64,000 nucleotides of DNA, from the NCBI GenBank assembly GCA_017999915.1, contig JAGNKX010000001.1, positions 691,440 through 755,439 on the forward strand, written 5' to 3'. This DNA is from Spirochaetota bacterium (lineage in GTDB: Bacteria; Spirochaetota; UBA4802; UBA5550). Of this stretch, positions 28,190 through 38,529 are shown one piece after another. Below the pieces are notes generated by a model. It had not been told where the DNA came from. It saw nothing but the letters and a program-made list of their open reading frames with translations, and did no database searches. How positions within the stretch are numbered: the first letter of the stretch is position 1; every line of letters begins with the position of its first letter. The position numbers were made by a program, and so were the translations under genes.

Positions 28190-28993
28190 TTATTTGAGTA
28201 TTTTCTTCAGCGTTTTCTCGAGCCAGTCTATATGCTCGATGACGGAGGCCTTGGCGCCTTCGGCGTCTCCCCGCTCAATGGCCGTTATCATCTTCAGGTG
28301 CTGGGCATAGAAGTGCTCCGAGGCGCCGGCGACGCCGATCAGCTTCTGCCTGCTGTAGGGAAGGGCTCCCTTCAGCAGTGATGAGATGGATTTCATGAGG
28401 TGAGCGAAGATCGTGTTGTTGGTGGCGTCGGCAAGGTCGTCGTAGAAACGGGCGTAGAGCTTGCCTCCTTCCTTGGAAAGAAGAAGGGCGGCCATACCCA
28501 TTTTATCAGCCTCGCTCTTGAAGCGCTTCAGGAGGGCGACCTGGCTCTTGGTCGCGTTCAGGGCCGCCATGCGCGCCGCCTCGGAGTCGATGAGACGCCG
28601 CACTGCGAGGAGCTCCCATATCTTGTTGTGGTCAACGGAAATGAGCTCGCCGATGGTCGTTTCCAGCGGCAGGCCGCCGGCGACTTTGACGAACTTTCCC
28701 CTGCGGCCGTGCGACTCGATATATCCCTTCGCCTCGAGGAGCTTCATCGCCTCCCTGAGGGAAATGCGGCTTATGCCGAATTTTTTCGTCATGTCATGTT
28801 CGGAGGGAAGCTTGTCTCCGGGCTTGAGCGCTCCCGAGATGATGTGCTCGATTATCTGTTTTGCCACCAGGCTCGGGAGATCGGGGGATTTTTCGATTCT
28901 ATTCAGGACCATGTCGTTATCTCTGTCATTGGGCGTTATGAATATACACGGTTGAGGCGCGGCATCCAGGGGCAGCGCCCCATCAATCGTCAA
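28190..28993 (-). CDS. GntR-family transcriptional regulator, FadR subfamily (FCD C-terminal domain).
   Basis: HTH region LPSEHDMTKKFGISRISLREAMKLLEAKGYI. An alternative start at 28912 (MVLNRIEKSP) is more likely than 28993. Confidence 0.8.
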   Translation of the reverse strand: MTIDGALPLDAAPQPCIFITPNDRDNDMVLNRIEKSPDLPSLVAKQIIEHIISGALKPGDKLPSEHDMTKKFGISRISLREAMKLLEAKGYIESHGRRGKFVKVAGGLPLETTIGELISVDHNKIWELLAVRRLIDSEAARMAALNATKSQVALLKRFKSEADKMGMAALLLSKEGGKLYARFYDDLADATNNTIFAHLMKSISSLLKGALPYSRQKLIGVAGASEHFYAQHLKMITAIERGDAEGAKASVIEHIDWLEKTLKKILK

Positions 28994-29084
28994 CTCGGTT
29001 ACAATATGTTAATTAGTAGGCTCCAGCATCAACGATAAATTGTCATTAATTTGGTATTTTCTGCTGTTTTTTTATTGACTTATT

Positions 29085-29113
29085 GTATTACAAACATATA
29101 TACTTTGTAATAC
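29085..29113. promoter_or_regulatory. 10-bp inverted repeat GTATTACAAA-N9-TTTGTAATAC, each arm carrying a GT-N3-AC GntR-type core: candidate FadR-like operator overlapping a putative TTGACT-N16-TATATA promoter of the beta-oxidation operon.
   Basis: Palindrome read directly, in the divergent intergenic region between the GntR gene and the thiolase gene. Confidence 0.45.
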
Positions 29114-29177
29114 TGTATGTCAATAATTTTTCCATTTTTTACATTCCGATATTTACCACGTTTGGAGGAGGCATGCC

Positions 29178-30485
29178 ATGGCAGCTAAAGGGTCCCGTAT
29201 CGCCATCATTGAAGGCTGCAGAACACCGTTCCAGAGATCCGGAACAGGATACCATGACATAATGGGATGGGAAATCGGACGATACGCGGTCAAGGGCCTC
29301 GTATCGAAGATCCCCATGGATGTCAATGAGATCGGCCATGTTATCATGGGCACGGTAGTGGCCGATGTAAAAACGACCAACGTGGCGCGGGAGATAATGC
29401 TCGGAGCGGGGCTCCCCTATACCATACCGGCCCATACCAATACCGTCGCCTGCATATCGGCCGGCCTGGCCATAGCCAACGCGGCCAATATGATCATCTG
29501 CGGCGACGCCGACGCGGTCATTGCCGGCGGGGTCGAGACCTTTTCCGATCCCCCGATCAAGGTTTCCGCGGCCTACCGGCGTTTCATACTGGACATGACC
29601 ATGTTCAAGAGGCCGAAGACGCTGGGGGGAAAGCTCAAGCTTATCCGCAAAATGAAGCTCATGGATTTTGTGGTGCCGGAGCGTCCGGCCCTGGGGGAAT
29701 ATTCGACCGGCCTCATCATGGGGCAGAACGCCGACCGCCTTGCCAAAAGGCTCGGCATATCCCGGGAAGACCAGGACGCCTATGCGGCCATGTCCCACCG
29801 GAGGGCGTCGGAGGCGATGAAGAAGGGAAAATTCAAGGATGAAATTGTCCCTGTCGTGGTTCCGGGACAGGTGAAGGCGATCACCGGGGATAACGGTCCC
29901 CGCCCTGATGCGACCGCGGAAAGCCTTGCCAGGCTGAAAGGCGCCTTTGACCGGCGTTACGGCACGGTAACGGCGGCGAACTCGTCCTTTCTCACGGACG
30001 GGGCAGCGGCTGTTCTCCTCATGAGCGAAAAAAAGGCCAGGGCCCTGGGTCTCAAACCGAAAGCATACATGCACTCTCAGGCCATTACCGGCCAGGACCT
30101 GTGGGAGGAGCTTCTCCTGGGACCGGCCTTCGCCATACCGAAGGCGGTGAAGAAGGGAGGGATAAAACTTTCCGATATCGGCGTGTTCGAGATCCACGAG
30201 GCCTTTGCCGCGCAGATGCTGGCGGTCATTCGCAGCCTTGAGTCGGATTCCTTCGGCAGGGAGAAGCTGGGACTGCCGGGGAAAGCGGGCAGGATCAACA
30301 TGGACAAGTTAAACAAGTACGGAGGGTCCCTTTCCATAGGCCATCCCTTCGGCGCCACCGGGGCAAGGCTTTTGACAACCTGCTGCAACAGGCTGATCGA
30401 ATCAGGGGAAAAGTTCGGGGTCATCGCGGGCTGCGCCGCCGGCGCCATCGGGGGCGCCGTTGTTATCGAAAACGCCCGGTACTAA
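29178..30485 (+). CDS. Acetyl-CoA C-acyltransferase (3-ketoacyl-CoA thiolase, FadA/FadI-like).
   Basis: Thiolase motifs NTVACISAGLA, active Cys region and C-terminal GCAAGAIGGAVVIE. RBS GGAGGAGG upstream. Confidence 0.9.
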   Translation: MAAKGSRIAIIEGCRTPFQRSGTGYHDIMGWEIGRYAVKGLVSKIPMDVNEIGHVIMGTVVADVKTTNVAREIMLGAGLPYTIPAHTNTVACISAGLAIANAANMIICGDADAVIAGGVETFSDPPIKVSAAYRRFILDMTMFKRPKTLGGKLKLIRKMKLMDFVVPERPALGEYSTGLIMGQNADRLAKRLGISREDQDAYAAMSHRRASEAMKKGKFKDEIVPVVVPGQVKAITGDNGPRPDATAESLARLKGAFDRRYGTVTAANSSFLTDGAAAVLLMSEKKARALGLKPKAYMHSQAITGQDLWEELLLGPAFAIPKAVKKGGIKLSDIGVFEIHEAFAAQMLAVIRSLESDSFGREKLGLPGKAGRINMDKLNKYGGSLSIGHPFGATGARLLTTCCNRLIESGEKFGVIAGCAAGAIGGAVVIENARY

Positions 30486-30508
30486 TGACCGGACCAAGGA
30501 GAAAAGCC

Positions 30509-32632
30509 ATGAAAAACATACATATGGAAATCACCCGGGAGCAGGTTGCGGTCATAACCATTGACTGCAAAGACTCGAAAGTGAACAAGGTCTCCAGTGC
30601 CCTGCTGGATGAAATAGCCGCCATGGTGGAAAAAATAGACCACGGAAAGGTCAAGGGAGTCGTCATCCTGAGCGGCAAGGAGGACAATTTCGTGGTCGGC
30701 GCCGATATCGATGAAGTTATCGCCATGAAGAAAGACAGCGAAATCAGGACATACATCAGCAGGGCCAATGACATCCTGAATCGCATCGATTCCCTTCCCC
30801 TGCCGGTGGTCTGCTGCATCCATGGCAACTGCCTGGGGGGCGGCCTCGAGGTGGCCCTGGCGTCGGATTACCGCATAGCCGCGGATTCTCCCAAGACCGT
30901 GATGGGACTCCCGGAAGTCATGCTGGGGCTCCTGCCCGCCGGGGGCGGCACCCAGCGCCTGCCGAGGCTCATCGGCCTCAGGGAATCGCTGCCCCTGATG
31001 CTGGCGGGGAAAAATGTCCGGATACGAAAGGCCAGGAAAATCGGCCTCATCGACGAGATCGTCGTTCCCTACGGCCTGAAAGAGATCGGCGTACAAAAGG
31101 CGATGGAGCTGGCGAAGAAGGGATTCAAGCGGAAGAGGAAGCGTTCCCTGGCGGACGCCTTCCTGGAATCCCCCTTCGGCCGCGGCATCGTGTTCAAGCA
31201 GGCCCGGCAGATGGTGATGCGGCAGACCAGGGGGCTCTATCCCGCACCCCTGGAGATCGTGGACTCCGTGGAGTTCGGCTGGCGCAAGGGTGTGCTGAAG
31301 GGCGTTGAGAAGGACATCGACCGCTTCGTGAAGCTGGTCTTGTCGCCGGAGGCAAAATCCCTCATGACGATATTCTTCGGCATAACCGATCTGAAAAAGA
31401 ATCCCCACAAGGACAGGGCAAAGGACGTTAAAAAGCTCGCCATCCTCGGAACCGGATTCATGGGAAGCGGAATCGCCGCGGTATCGACCGGCATCTGCGA
31501 TACCATTCTTATGAAGGACATGAGCGCCGACGCCGCCGCCCGGGGGATGAATGAGATATGGAAGGGCCTGCAAAAGCAGGTCCGGTCTGGAGCTTTACGG
31601 AAGTTTGAGGGCGACGTGCAGTACGGGAAATTGGTTCCCTGCGACGATTATTCGCGCTTCAAGGGGACGGACATAGTCATCGAGGCCGTTTTCGAGGACA
31701 TCAGCCTGAAGCGGAAGATGGTGAAGGCCGTGGAGGAGGCAGCGGACAGGGACACCATCTTCGCGTCCAACACCTCGGCCCTTTCGATCAGATCCATCGC
31801 CCAGGGATGCAGGAGGCCGGAAAACGTGATCGGCATGCACTATTTTTCGCCGGTGCCGCGGATGCCGCTCCTTGAGATCATCAAGACGGAAAAAACCTCT
31901 CCCCGGGCGACCGCCACGGCCCTGGAGCTGGGCATCAGGCAGGGTAAGACCTGCATCATCGTCAGGGACGGCCCGGGGTTCTACACCACGCGCATACTGG
32001 GACCAATGTTGATGGAAAGCGTCCGCGTCGTTACCGAGGGAGGGGAATTTCCGGACATTGACAGGGCCATGCAGCAGTTCGGGTACCCGGTGGGGCCCAT
32101 GACGCTCCTGGACGAGGTGGGCATGGACGTGGGGATCCACGTGGTCACGGAACTGAAGCCGGTACTGGAACCGCGGGGCATCGTCCCTCCCTTTGACTTT
32201 TCCGTGCTCGCCGAAAAAGGTTTTATCGGCCGCAAGGGCGGAAAGGGGCTGTACCGCTATGATATCCCGAAAAAGAAGGGGAAGAAGCCGGTCAATGAGG
32301 AGGCTTACGGCCTGGTCGGGGGCGGACCCAGGAAAAAAATAAACGTTGAGGAAGTTCAGAACCGGGTGAGCCTCATGATGGTTAACGAGGCGGTCACCTG
32401 CCTGGAAGAGGGGATCATCGCGTCGCCCCGCGACGGCGACATGGGGGCGATCCTCGGCCTGGGGTTCCCGCCCTTCCGGGGCGGCCCCTTCAGGTATGTG
32501 GATGCCCTCGGGGCGGGGACCGTGGTGAAGATCATGGAAGGGCTGGAAAAAACCTATGGGAAGCGTTTTACTCCGGCCCGGATGCTCCGGGACATGGCGT
32601 CGAAGGGAAAGAGATTTTATTCAAATAAATAA
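30509..32632 (+). CDS. Fatty acid oxidation complex alpha subunit: enoyl-CoA hydratase / 3-hydroxyacyl-CoA dehydrogenase (FadB/FadJ-like).
   Basis: N-terminal crotonase fold, central NAD-binding GTGFMGSGIA, and 3HCDH C-terminal domains. I place the start at 30509 after AAGGAGAAAA. Confidence 0.9.
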   Translation: MKNIHMEITREQVAVITIDCKDSKVNKVSSALLDEIAAMVEKIDHGKVKGVVILSGKEDNFVVGADIDEVIAMKKDSEIRTYISRANDILNRIDSLPLPVVCCIHGNCLGGGLEVALASDYRIAADSPKTVMGLPEVMLGLLPAGGGTQRLPRLIGLRESLPLMLAGKNVRIRKARKIGLIDEIVVPYGLKEIGVQKAMELAKKGFKRKRKRSLADAFLESPFGRGIVFKQARQMVMRQTRGLYPAPLEIVDSVEFGWRKGVLKGVEKDIDRFVKLVLSPEAKSLMTIFFGITDLKKNPHKDRAKDVKKLAILGTGFMGSGIAAVSTGICDTILMKDMSADAAARGMNEIWKGLQKQVRSGALRKFEGDVQYGKLVPCDDYSRFKGTDIVIEAVFEDISLKRKMVKAVEEAADRDTIFASNTSALSIRSIAQGCRRPENVIGMHYFSPVPRMPLLEIIKTEKTSPRATATALELGIRQGKTCIIVRDGPGFYTTRILGPMLMESVRVVTEGGEFPDIDRAMQQFGYPVGPMTLLDEVGMDVGIHVVTELKPVLEPRGIVPPFDFSVLAEKGFIGRKGGKGLYRYDIPKKKGKKPVNEEAYGLVGGGPRKKINVEEVQNRVSLMMVNEAVTCLEEGIIASPRDGDMGAILGLGFPPFRGGPFRYVDALGAGTVVKIMEGLEKTYGKRFTPARMLRDMASKGKRFYSNK

Positions 32633-32862
32633 TCAGCCCCCCGTCCCCCGGAGGGGGCGTGTATTAAAATGATGCTCTTTGATACATGTCATCGCGACAG
32701 GTTGAATCTTTATATTGTTATTTAAAACGATACGATCTTATTTTCTCAGGTGTTTTTTTCGTATTCGAGATAGAGTTGTAGCTTCAATACTCGCGATGAC
32801 AGACATTAAATATAATATTACATGCCCCCTCAGGGGGTCAGGGGGGTCACCAGGAGAACTCT

Positions 32863-34011
32863 ATGGATCGCACGATTCAATTCACCGAGGGGCACCAGAT
32901 CTTCCGGGACACCTTCCGGAGATTCATCCAAAAGGAGATAGGTGACAACTATTCCCAGTGGGAGCAGGACGGCATCGTGCCGCGGGAAATATGGAAGAAG
33001 TTCGGCCATAACGGCTACCTGGTTCCCTGGGCGCCGGAAAAATACGGCGGGGCCGAGGCTGACTGGCTCTACTCGGTCATCATCACCGAGGAGCTGGCCC
33101 GGTACGGCGCCGGCGGCCTTTTCGTGCCGCTCCATAACGATATCGTCGCTCCCTACATCTATTCCTTCGGCACGGAGGAGCAGCGGGAGCGGTGGCTGCC
33201 GGGATGCGTCAGCGGCGACACGATCCTCGCCGTGGCCATGACGGAGCCGGAGGCGGGATCGGACCTGGCGTCGATCAGGACCACGGCGAAGCGCGACGGG
33301 AACTCCTGGGTGCTGAACGGCCAGAAGACCTTTATATCTAACGGGCACCTCTCCGACCTGGTCGTGGTGGCGGCCCGCACCGGCGACCAGGGCACGGCGC
33401 CGGCCCAGGCCATGAGCCTTTTCGTGGTGGAGCGCGGCGCCCCGGGCTTTTCCCGGGGTGAGCTTATCAAGAAAATCGGCCTGAAGGCGCAGGACACCTC
33501 CGAGCTCTTTTTCGACGACTGCCGTATACCGGCGGAAAATCTTCTCGGCGCGGAAGGACAGGGCTTTATCTATCTCATGCAGAAGCTCCAGCAGGAGCGC
33601 CTCGTCTGCGCCCTGGCGTCCCAGGCCGCGGCCGAGCGGGGACTTGAAATGACCATCGACTACGTGAAGGAGCGAAAGCTCTTCGGAAAGCCCCTGTCGA
33701 AGTTCCAGAACACCCAGTTCCTCCTGGCGGAGTTGGCGTCGGAGATAACCGCCGGGCGGTGCTTTGTGGATACCCTGATCAACAGCCATGTGGCGGGTAA
33801 AAACGTCACCGGGGAAACCTGCATGGCCAAGTACTGGGTCTGCGAGATGGCCATGAAGGTGGCGGACCGGTGCCTGCAGCTCTTCGGCGGGTATGGCTAC
33901 TGCACGGAGTACCTTATATCGCGCTTCTTCGTGGACGCCCGGATCCAGACCATCTATGCGGGCACATCGGAGGTGATGAAACTGATCGTGTCGCGCTCTA
34001 TGGGTCTCTAG
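32863..34011 (+). CDS. Acyl-CoA dehydrogenase.
   Basis: Typical ACAD length of 382 aa, with motifs TEPEAGSDLA and QLFGGYGY. Confidence 0.9.
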   Translation: MDRTIQFTEGHQIFRDTFRRFIQKEIGDNYSQWEQDGIVPREIWKKFGHNGYLVPWAPEKYGGAEADWLYSVIITEELARYGAGGLFVPLHNDIVAPYIYSFGTEEQRERWLPGCVSGDTILAVAMTEPEAGSDLASIRTTAKRDGNSWVLNGQKTFISNGHLSDLVVVAARTGDQGTAPAQAMSLFVVERGAPGFSRGELIKKIGLKAQDTSELFFDDCRIPAENLLGAEGQGFIYLMQKLQQERLVCALASQAAAERGLEMTIDYVKERKLFGKPLSKFQNTQFLLAELASEITAGRCFVDTLINSHVAGKNVTGETCMAKYWVCEMAMKVADRCLQLFGGYGYCTEYLISRFFVDARIQTIYAGTSEVMKLIVSRSMGL

Positions 34012-34077
34012 AAAAGTTATTGACAGATAAATAATAAATCTATACATATGTTTAGTATAACCTGATGGAGGTATAAT

Positions 34078-34623
34078 ATGAAAAAAGTGATCATTATTCT
34101 GGCGGTTCTTATCGTGGCTATACTGGTCTTGATCGGCTATAGCGGGTTCTTTACCACTGTTACCATCACGGAAAAGGAAATAGGTCCCTTCACCATGGTA
34201 TTAAAGAAGCATACCGGGAGCTATTATAAGACCGGCGCTATCTTTGATGAGGTTGAAGCGGTTTTGAAAAAGAAGCTCGATACAAAAAAATTGAAGGGCG
34301 TGGGCCTCTATTATGACGACCCGGCCAAGGTCAAAGAGGACCAGCTTCGCAGCGAATGCGGTTTTATCGTGGAAAAAGCGGACATTGAAAAGCTCGGAGC
34401 AATGCCGGAAGAATTATTAATCAAGGATTTCGATAAGACGCAATGCGCAGTGGCGGAATTCCCGATCAGGACTTTTCTTTCCTACATGATCGGGCCGTCC
34501 AGGGTATATCCGAAACTGGCGGAATACGGGAAGAAGAAAGCCTTTGCCGGGGATTTCGGCATGGAGATCTATGACAATCAGTCAAAGACAATCACCTATT
34601 GCATGCCGGTAAAAAAAGACTGA
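34078..34623 (+). CDS. Membrane-anchored GyrI-like (AraC effector-binding / SOUL-like) domain protein.
   Basis: N-terminal TM helix followed by an approximately 150-aa GyrI-like fold pattern. Weak motif-level call. Confidence 0.5.
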   Translation: MKKVIIILAVLIVAILVLIGYSGFFTTVTITEKEIGPFTMVLKKHTGSYYKTGAIFDEVEAVLKKKLDTKKLKGVGLYYDDPAKVKEDQLRSECGFIVEKADIEKLGAMPEELLIKDFDKTQCAVAEFPIRTFLSYMIGPSRVYPKLAEYGKKKAFAGDFGMEIYDNQSKTITYCMPVKKD

Positions 34624-34650
34624 TACCCTCCATAATTATTCGCCCATACA

Positions 34651-34680
34651 AAAATGCCCTGACTATCAGGGCATTTTTTA
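34651..34680. terminator. Bidirectional rho-independent terminator (ATGCCCTGA-cta-TCAGGGCAT then TTTTTA).
   Basis: Perfect 9-bp stem with A- and T-tracts, between two convergent genes. Confidence 0.65.
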
Positions 34681-34716
34681 TACAGGCTAAAATTAATTCG
34701 AACTGACCATGTCAAA

Positions 34717-36165
34717 TCAGATCCTGTCAAAGGCCCTGTCCAGAAGGGCCTGGTCCGGCCTGGCCGTGACAAGGCTCACCAGTGGCACCACGATAAAGGG
34801 GACGATCATCGCGATGGTTGCGGCGATGGGGGAGTTGGCCGGTCCGAGATAGAAAAATAGAACTATGGACAGGATAAGGCCCGTGGCCATGCCCGCGGCT
34901 GCCCCGTACCTGGTGGTGCGCTTCCAGTACAGGCCGTACAGATAGGGCGCCATGAAGGAGCCGGCCACCGCTCCCCAGGAAAGGGACATGAGGGTGACGA
35001 TGATTGCGAACTCATACCGGGCTATGAAGTAGGAAAGGGCGATGAATATGCCGCTCAGGAACCGCATCATGACCAGGGACCGCTCTTTTGAAATATCCGG
35101 GTTGACATGGCCCTTGTACAGGTCTATGGCGACCGATGACGACGATATGAGCACCAGGGAAGAAAGGGTCGACATCGACGCCGACAGGACCAGGAGTAGT
35201 ATCAGGGCCATCAGGTACTCCGGAAGGTGCGTGGTCAGGAGGCCCGGAATGAGGCGGTCAAAGGCGGGCTTGCCGCCAACCAGGGGAACGCTGTCATAGA
35301 AGAAGTGGGACATGGCGCCGGTAAAATAGGCGGTCACGGTTATGATAAGGGAGAACACAAAGGTAACGATGGCCGCTTTTGTAATGACCGTTTCGCTTTT
35401 CACGGCGTAGAACTTCTGGACCATCTGGGGCAGGCCCCAGGTGCCCAGGGAGGTCATGAACACCAGCGACGCCAGCATGAGATAATTAGTCGGGGCGGTG
35501 ATGTGCTCGCCGTATTTCTGTCCTATGGCCGCGATGCTTTCCGTTACGCCGCCGGCCTTTCCCACGAAGACGAAGAGCATGGCCAGGGCCCCGAAGATCA
35601 TGACCGTGCCCTGGATGAAATCGGTCAGGGTGATGGCGAAGTAGCCCCCCAGGATCAGGTACACGCCGGTGATGAGGATCATGATGAGGAGGGCTATGTC
35701 ATAGGATATGTGGAAATTGACCTCGAAAAGATGGCCGAGGCCCTTGAACACCGAGGCCGAGTAGGGCAGAAGAAAAATAAAGATGATCATGGCGGAAATG
35801 AACTTCATGTACCTGCCGCCGTATCGCTCCTGGAGGAATTCCGGCATGGTCATGACATCCAGGTTCTGGGTCATGATCCTGGTGCGGCGCCCCAGCACGA
35901 GCCAGGCCAAGAGGGCCCCGAAAAGGGAATTGCCCGCCGCGATCCAGAGGGCGTTCAGGCCGAACCCCCAGCCGAGTTTGCCGGCGAAGCCGATGAAAAG
36001 GACCGCCGAGAAGTAGGTGGTTCCGTATGCAAAAGCCGAGACCCAGGGGCCGATGGAGCGGCCGCCGAGAAAGAAATCGCCCAGGGTCGAGGTTTTCCTC
36101 ATGCCCCATATCCCTACGGCAACCATGACAACCATGAAGATCGTGATAAGAATTATCGAGAACAC
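34717..36165 (-). CDS. Sodium:solute symporter family transporter (PanF/PutP-like).
   Basis: 482 aa with 12-13 TM helices. N-terminal pattern GDFFLGGRSIGPWVSAFAYGTTYFSA is characteristic of the SSS family. Confidence 0.85.
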   Translation of the reverse strand: MFSIILITIFMVVMVAVGIWGMRKTSTLGDFFLGGRSIGPWVSAFAYGTTYFSAVLFIGFAGKLGWGFGLNALWIAAGNSLFGALLAWLVLGRRTRIMTQNLDVMTMPEFLQERYGGRYMKFISAMIIFIFLLPYSASVFKGLGHLFEVNFHISYDIALLIMILITGVYLILGGYFAITLTDFIQGTVMIFGALAMLFVFVGKAGGVTESIAAIGQKYGEHITAPTNYLMLASLVFMTSLGTWGLPQMVQKFYAVKSETVITKAAIVTFVFSLIITVTAYFTGAMSHFFYDSVPLVGGKPAFDRLIPGLLTTHLPEYLMALILLLVLSASMSTLSSLVLISSSSVAIDLYKGHVNPDISKERSLVMMRFLSGIFIALSYFIARYEFAIIVTLMSLSWGAVAGSFMAPYLYGLYWKRTTRYGAAAGMATGLILSIVLFFYLGPANSPIAATIAMIVPFIVVPLVSLVTARPDQALLDRAFDRI

Positions 36166-36398
36166 GGTGGATTACTCTCCTTTGGTTAACTGTATCAAAT
36201 GACTGACAGGTACAGGGTGATTTTTTAAATTGTTGATGTCAATGAATTAATGGCGCCCGTCAATGGCGACGCCCGGGGGATTCTTAACCGGTAATTTGGC
36301 GCCGCCATAGAACAATTTGGAATTGCAATATTAGGCAGCCTGTGGTTGGATGATGCCATCATGCAATGCGCGGTACGCCTGACGGCAGGGAGTGTCCC

Positions 36399-37571
36399 AT
36401 GACCAAGCCCATCGAGGGGATGAAAATCCTTGATTTTACCTATCTTCTTCCCGGTCCTTTCTGCACCATGATGCTGGCCGACCTCGGCGCGGATATCATC
36501 AAGGTGGAGAACTGCGAAAGTCCCGATATCGTGCGTTTCCTGCCGCCCCACGTAGACGAAGTGAGCGCCCTGTACGCCCACCTGAACCGGGGCAAGAGAT
36601 CTCTGGCCCTTAACCTGAAAAACAGCGAGGCACTTGAAATAGTGCACCGCCTGGTGAATGAGTATGACGTCGTAATCGAGCAGTTCAGGCCCGGGGCCAT
36701 GGACCGTCTCGGGATCGGGTACGGAGAGCTCTCGAAAATAAATCCGTCAATAATATATTGCTCGATAACGGGGTACGGCCAGACCGGGTCCTACGCGGAC
36801 AGGGCCGGCCATGACATCAATTACATGGCCCTTTCCGGCGTGGAGTCCATATCGGGCCGCAGGGACACCGGGCCGGTGCTCACGGGCATCCAGGTGGCTG
36901 ACCTGGCCAGCGGCTCGAAGAACGCGGCCATAGGCCTGATGGCGGCATACATAAGCAGGATGCGCACCGGCAAAGGGGAATTCATCGACGTGTCCATCAC
37001 GGACGGGGTCTTTTCCATGACCGTGTTCGCCGTGGCGGGATTCCTGGCCGGCGGACCCGAACCGGAACGGGGCGACCTTCTCTCCGGCGGCGCCCTCTAC
37101 GATTTCTACGCCACCGCCGACGGCAGGTATCTGTCGGTGGGGCCCATTGAGCAGAAGTTCTTCGCCGCCTTTTGCGACTGCGTCGGGTGCGCCGACATGG
37201 CGGCTACCGGCATCATGAACTGGAACAACAAGGAGCGCCTGGCAAAGATCATAGCCGAAAAGCCCCTGTCCCACTGGACGGAACTGTTCAGGAAGTGCGA
37301 CGCCTGCGTGGAGCCGGTCTATTCCATAGGCGAGGCCATATCGAATCCGCCCCTGTCGGAGCGGGACATGGTGGTGCCGGTAAAGACCGCGGCGGGCACG
37401 GAAGTTCGCCAGATAGGGAACCCGATCAAGTTCAGCTCCGGGCCCTGCTGCGCCCCCTTTGCCGGGGTCACCCTGGGATATCATAACGAGGAGATATTGT
37501 CGGGGCTGGGTTATTCCGCCAATGAAGTTCGGAGATTAAGGGAAATCGGCGTAGTGGGAGGTATACTATGA
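36399..37571 (+). CDS. CoA-transferase family III protein (CaiB/BaiF/alpha-methylacyl-CoA racemase-like).
   Basis: N-terminal GMKILDFTYLLPGPFCTMMLADLGADIIKVE. I place the start at 36399 rather than the ORF-track start at 36366. Confidence 0.85.
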   Translation: MTKPIEGMKILDFTYLLPGPFCTMMLADLGADIIKVENCESPDIVRFLPPHVDEVSALYAHLNRGKRSLALNLKNSEALEIVHRLVNEYDVVIEQFRPGAMDRLGIGYGELSKINPSIIYCSITGYGQTGSYADRAGHDINYMALSGVESISGRRDTGPVLTGIQVADLASGSKNAAIGLMAAYISRMRTGKGEFIDVSITDGVFSMTVFAVAGFLAGGPEPERGDLLSGGALYDFYATADGRYLSVGPIEQKFFAAFCDCVGCADMAATGIMNWNNKERLAKIIAEKPLSHWTELFRKCDACVEPVYSIGEAISNPPLSERDMVVPVKTAAGTEVRQIGNPIKFSSGPCCAPFAGVTLGYHNEEILSGLGYSANEVRRLREIGVVGGIL

Positions 37572-38416
37572 AAAGAACATTCATTGTTATCTTGGTGATT
37601 CTGAATTCATCGGCGTTTGCCGATGAAGCCTTCAAATCACGGGGAAATGTCGCATATCTTTTCGGGGAGATCTGTAAAATAAGGGAAAGCCCGTCCCTTG
37701 ACGGCAGGATCATGGATCAGCTGACGATCGGCACCGCCGTGGAAATCATCAAGGCAACGGACGTAGAAAGCGAAATAGACGGCATGAAGGATTACTGGTT
37801 TGAAATCCGCGCGAAAAATCCGAAGGGTGTGACGGTCACCGGCGCAGTCTGGGGCGGCCTCTTATGCAGCCATTATCTTGAAAAAGACATCGATGGCGAT
37901 GGAAAAAAGGAGATCCTGCTGGTCGGGAATACAGGAAACAGGAATGTAAAAAACAAAAAGAATGTAGAGATACGAATCGTCAAAAACGGCCGGATGGCTT
38001 CAAAGTTCGGCTTCAGCCTTTATACGCTCAATAAAATTGGGGCACTATCACCCATGGATTTTGATGATTACCGCATCGGCGATGCGAAACTCAAGGCACC
38101 GGGGCAGCTCGGTCCCGATGTGTGCCTTCTTGTATTGACCTATTCCTATGATCATGTAGCATATCCCGGCAGCGGCGAAGTTATCATCGCGCTAAAAGGG
38201 AAAGACCTGAAAGACGCCATATACACAGCCAGCTACAGCGGCGAGGCCCTTACCCAGCTGCCGTCGGTGATCTATCCCATTGATGAAGGCGGGAAGAAGG
38301 GTACGGTGATTGTATCCTATGCGTGCTCCACATGGGAAGGCCCCGGCACAGAGGCCCGGGACCGAGAATTGAAAGAAACCTATACCTGGAACGGGACCCG
38401 TTTCGTAAAAAAATAG
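37568..38416 (+). CDS. Secreted SH3b-domain protein, hypothetical.
   Basis: Signal peptide. Bacterial SH3-like segment IRESPSLDGRIMDQLTIGTAVEII...YWFEIR. Overlaps the upstream gene by 4 nt. Confidence 0.6.
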   Translation: MKRTFIVILVILNSSAFADEAFKSRGNVAYLFGEICKIRESPSLDGRIMDQLTIGTAVEIIKATDVESEIDGMKDYWFEIRAKNPKGVTVTGAVWGGLLCSHYLEKDIDGDGKKEILLVGNTGNRNVKNKKNVEIRIVKNGRMASKFGFSLYTLNKIGALSPMDFDDYRIGDAKLKAPGQLGPDVCLLVLTYSYDHVAYPGSGEVIIALKGKDLKDAIYTASYSGEALTQLPSVIYPIDEGGKKGTVIVSYACSTWEGPGTEARDRELKETYTWNGTRFVKK

Positions 38417-38529
38417 CAAAGGAAGTCCGCCGGATAGTGAGATTCAGGGATGGCGGCGTGAAGTAATACTATTTGAAGCTTTGGAAATAATTTTAAAAAG
38501 TTAATTAATAATACAAGGAGCGCATTTCT

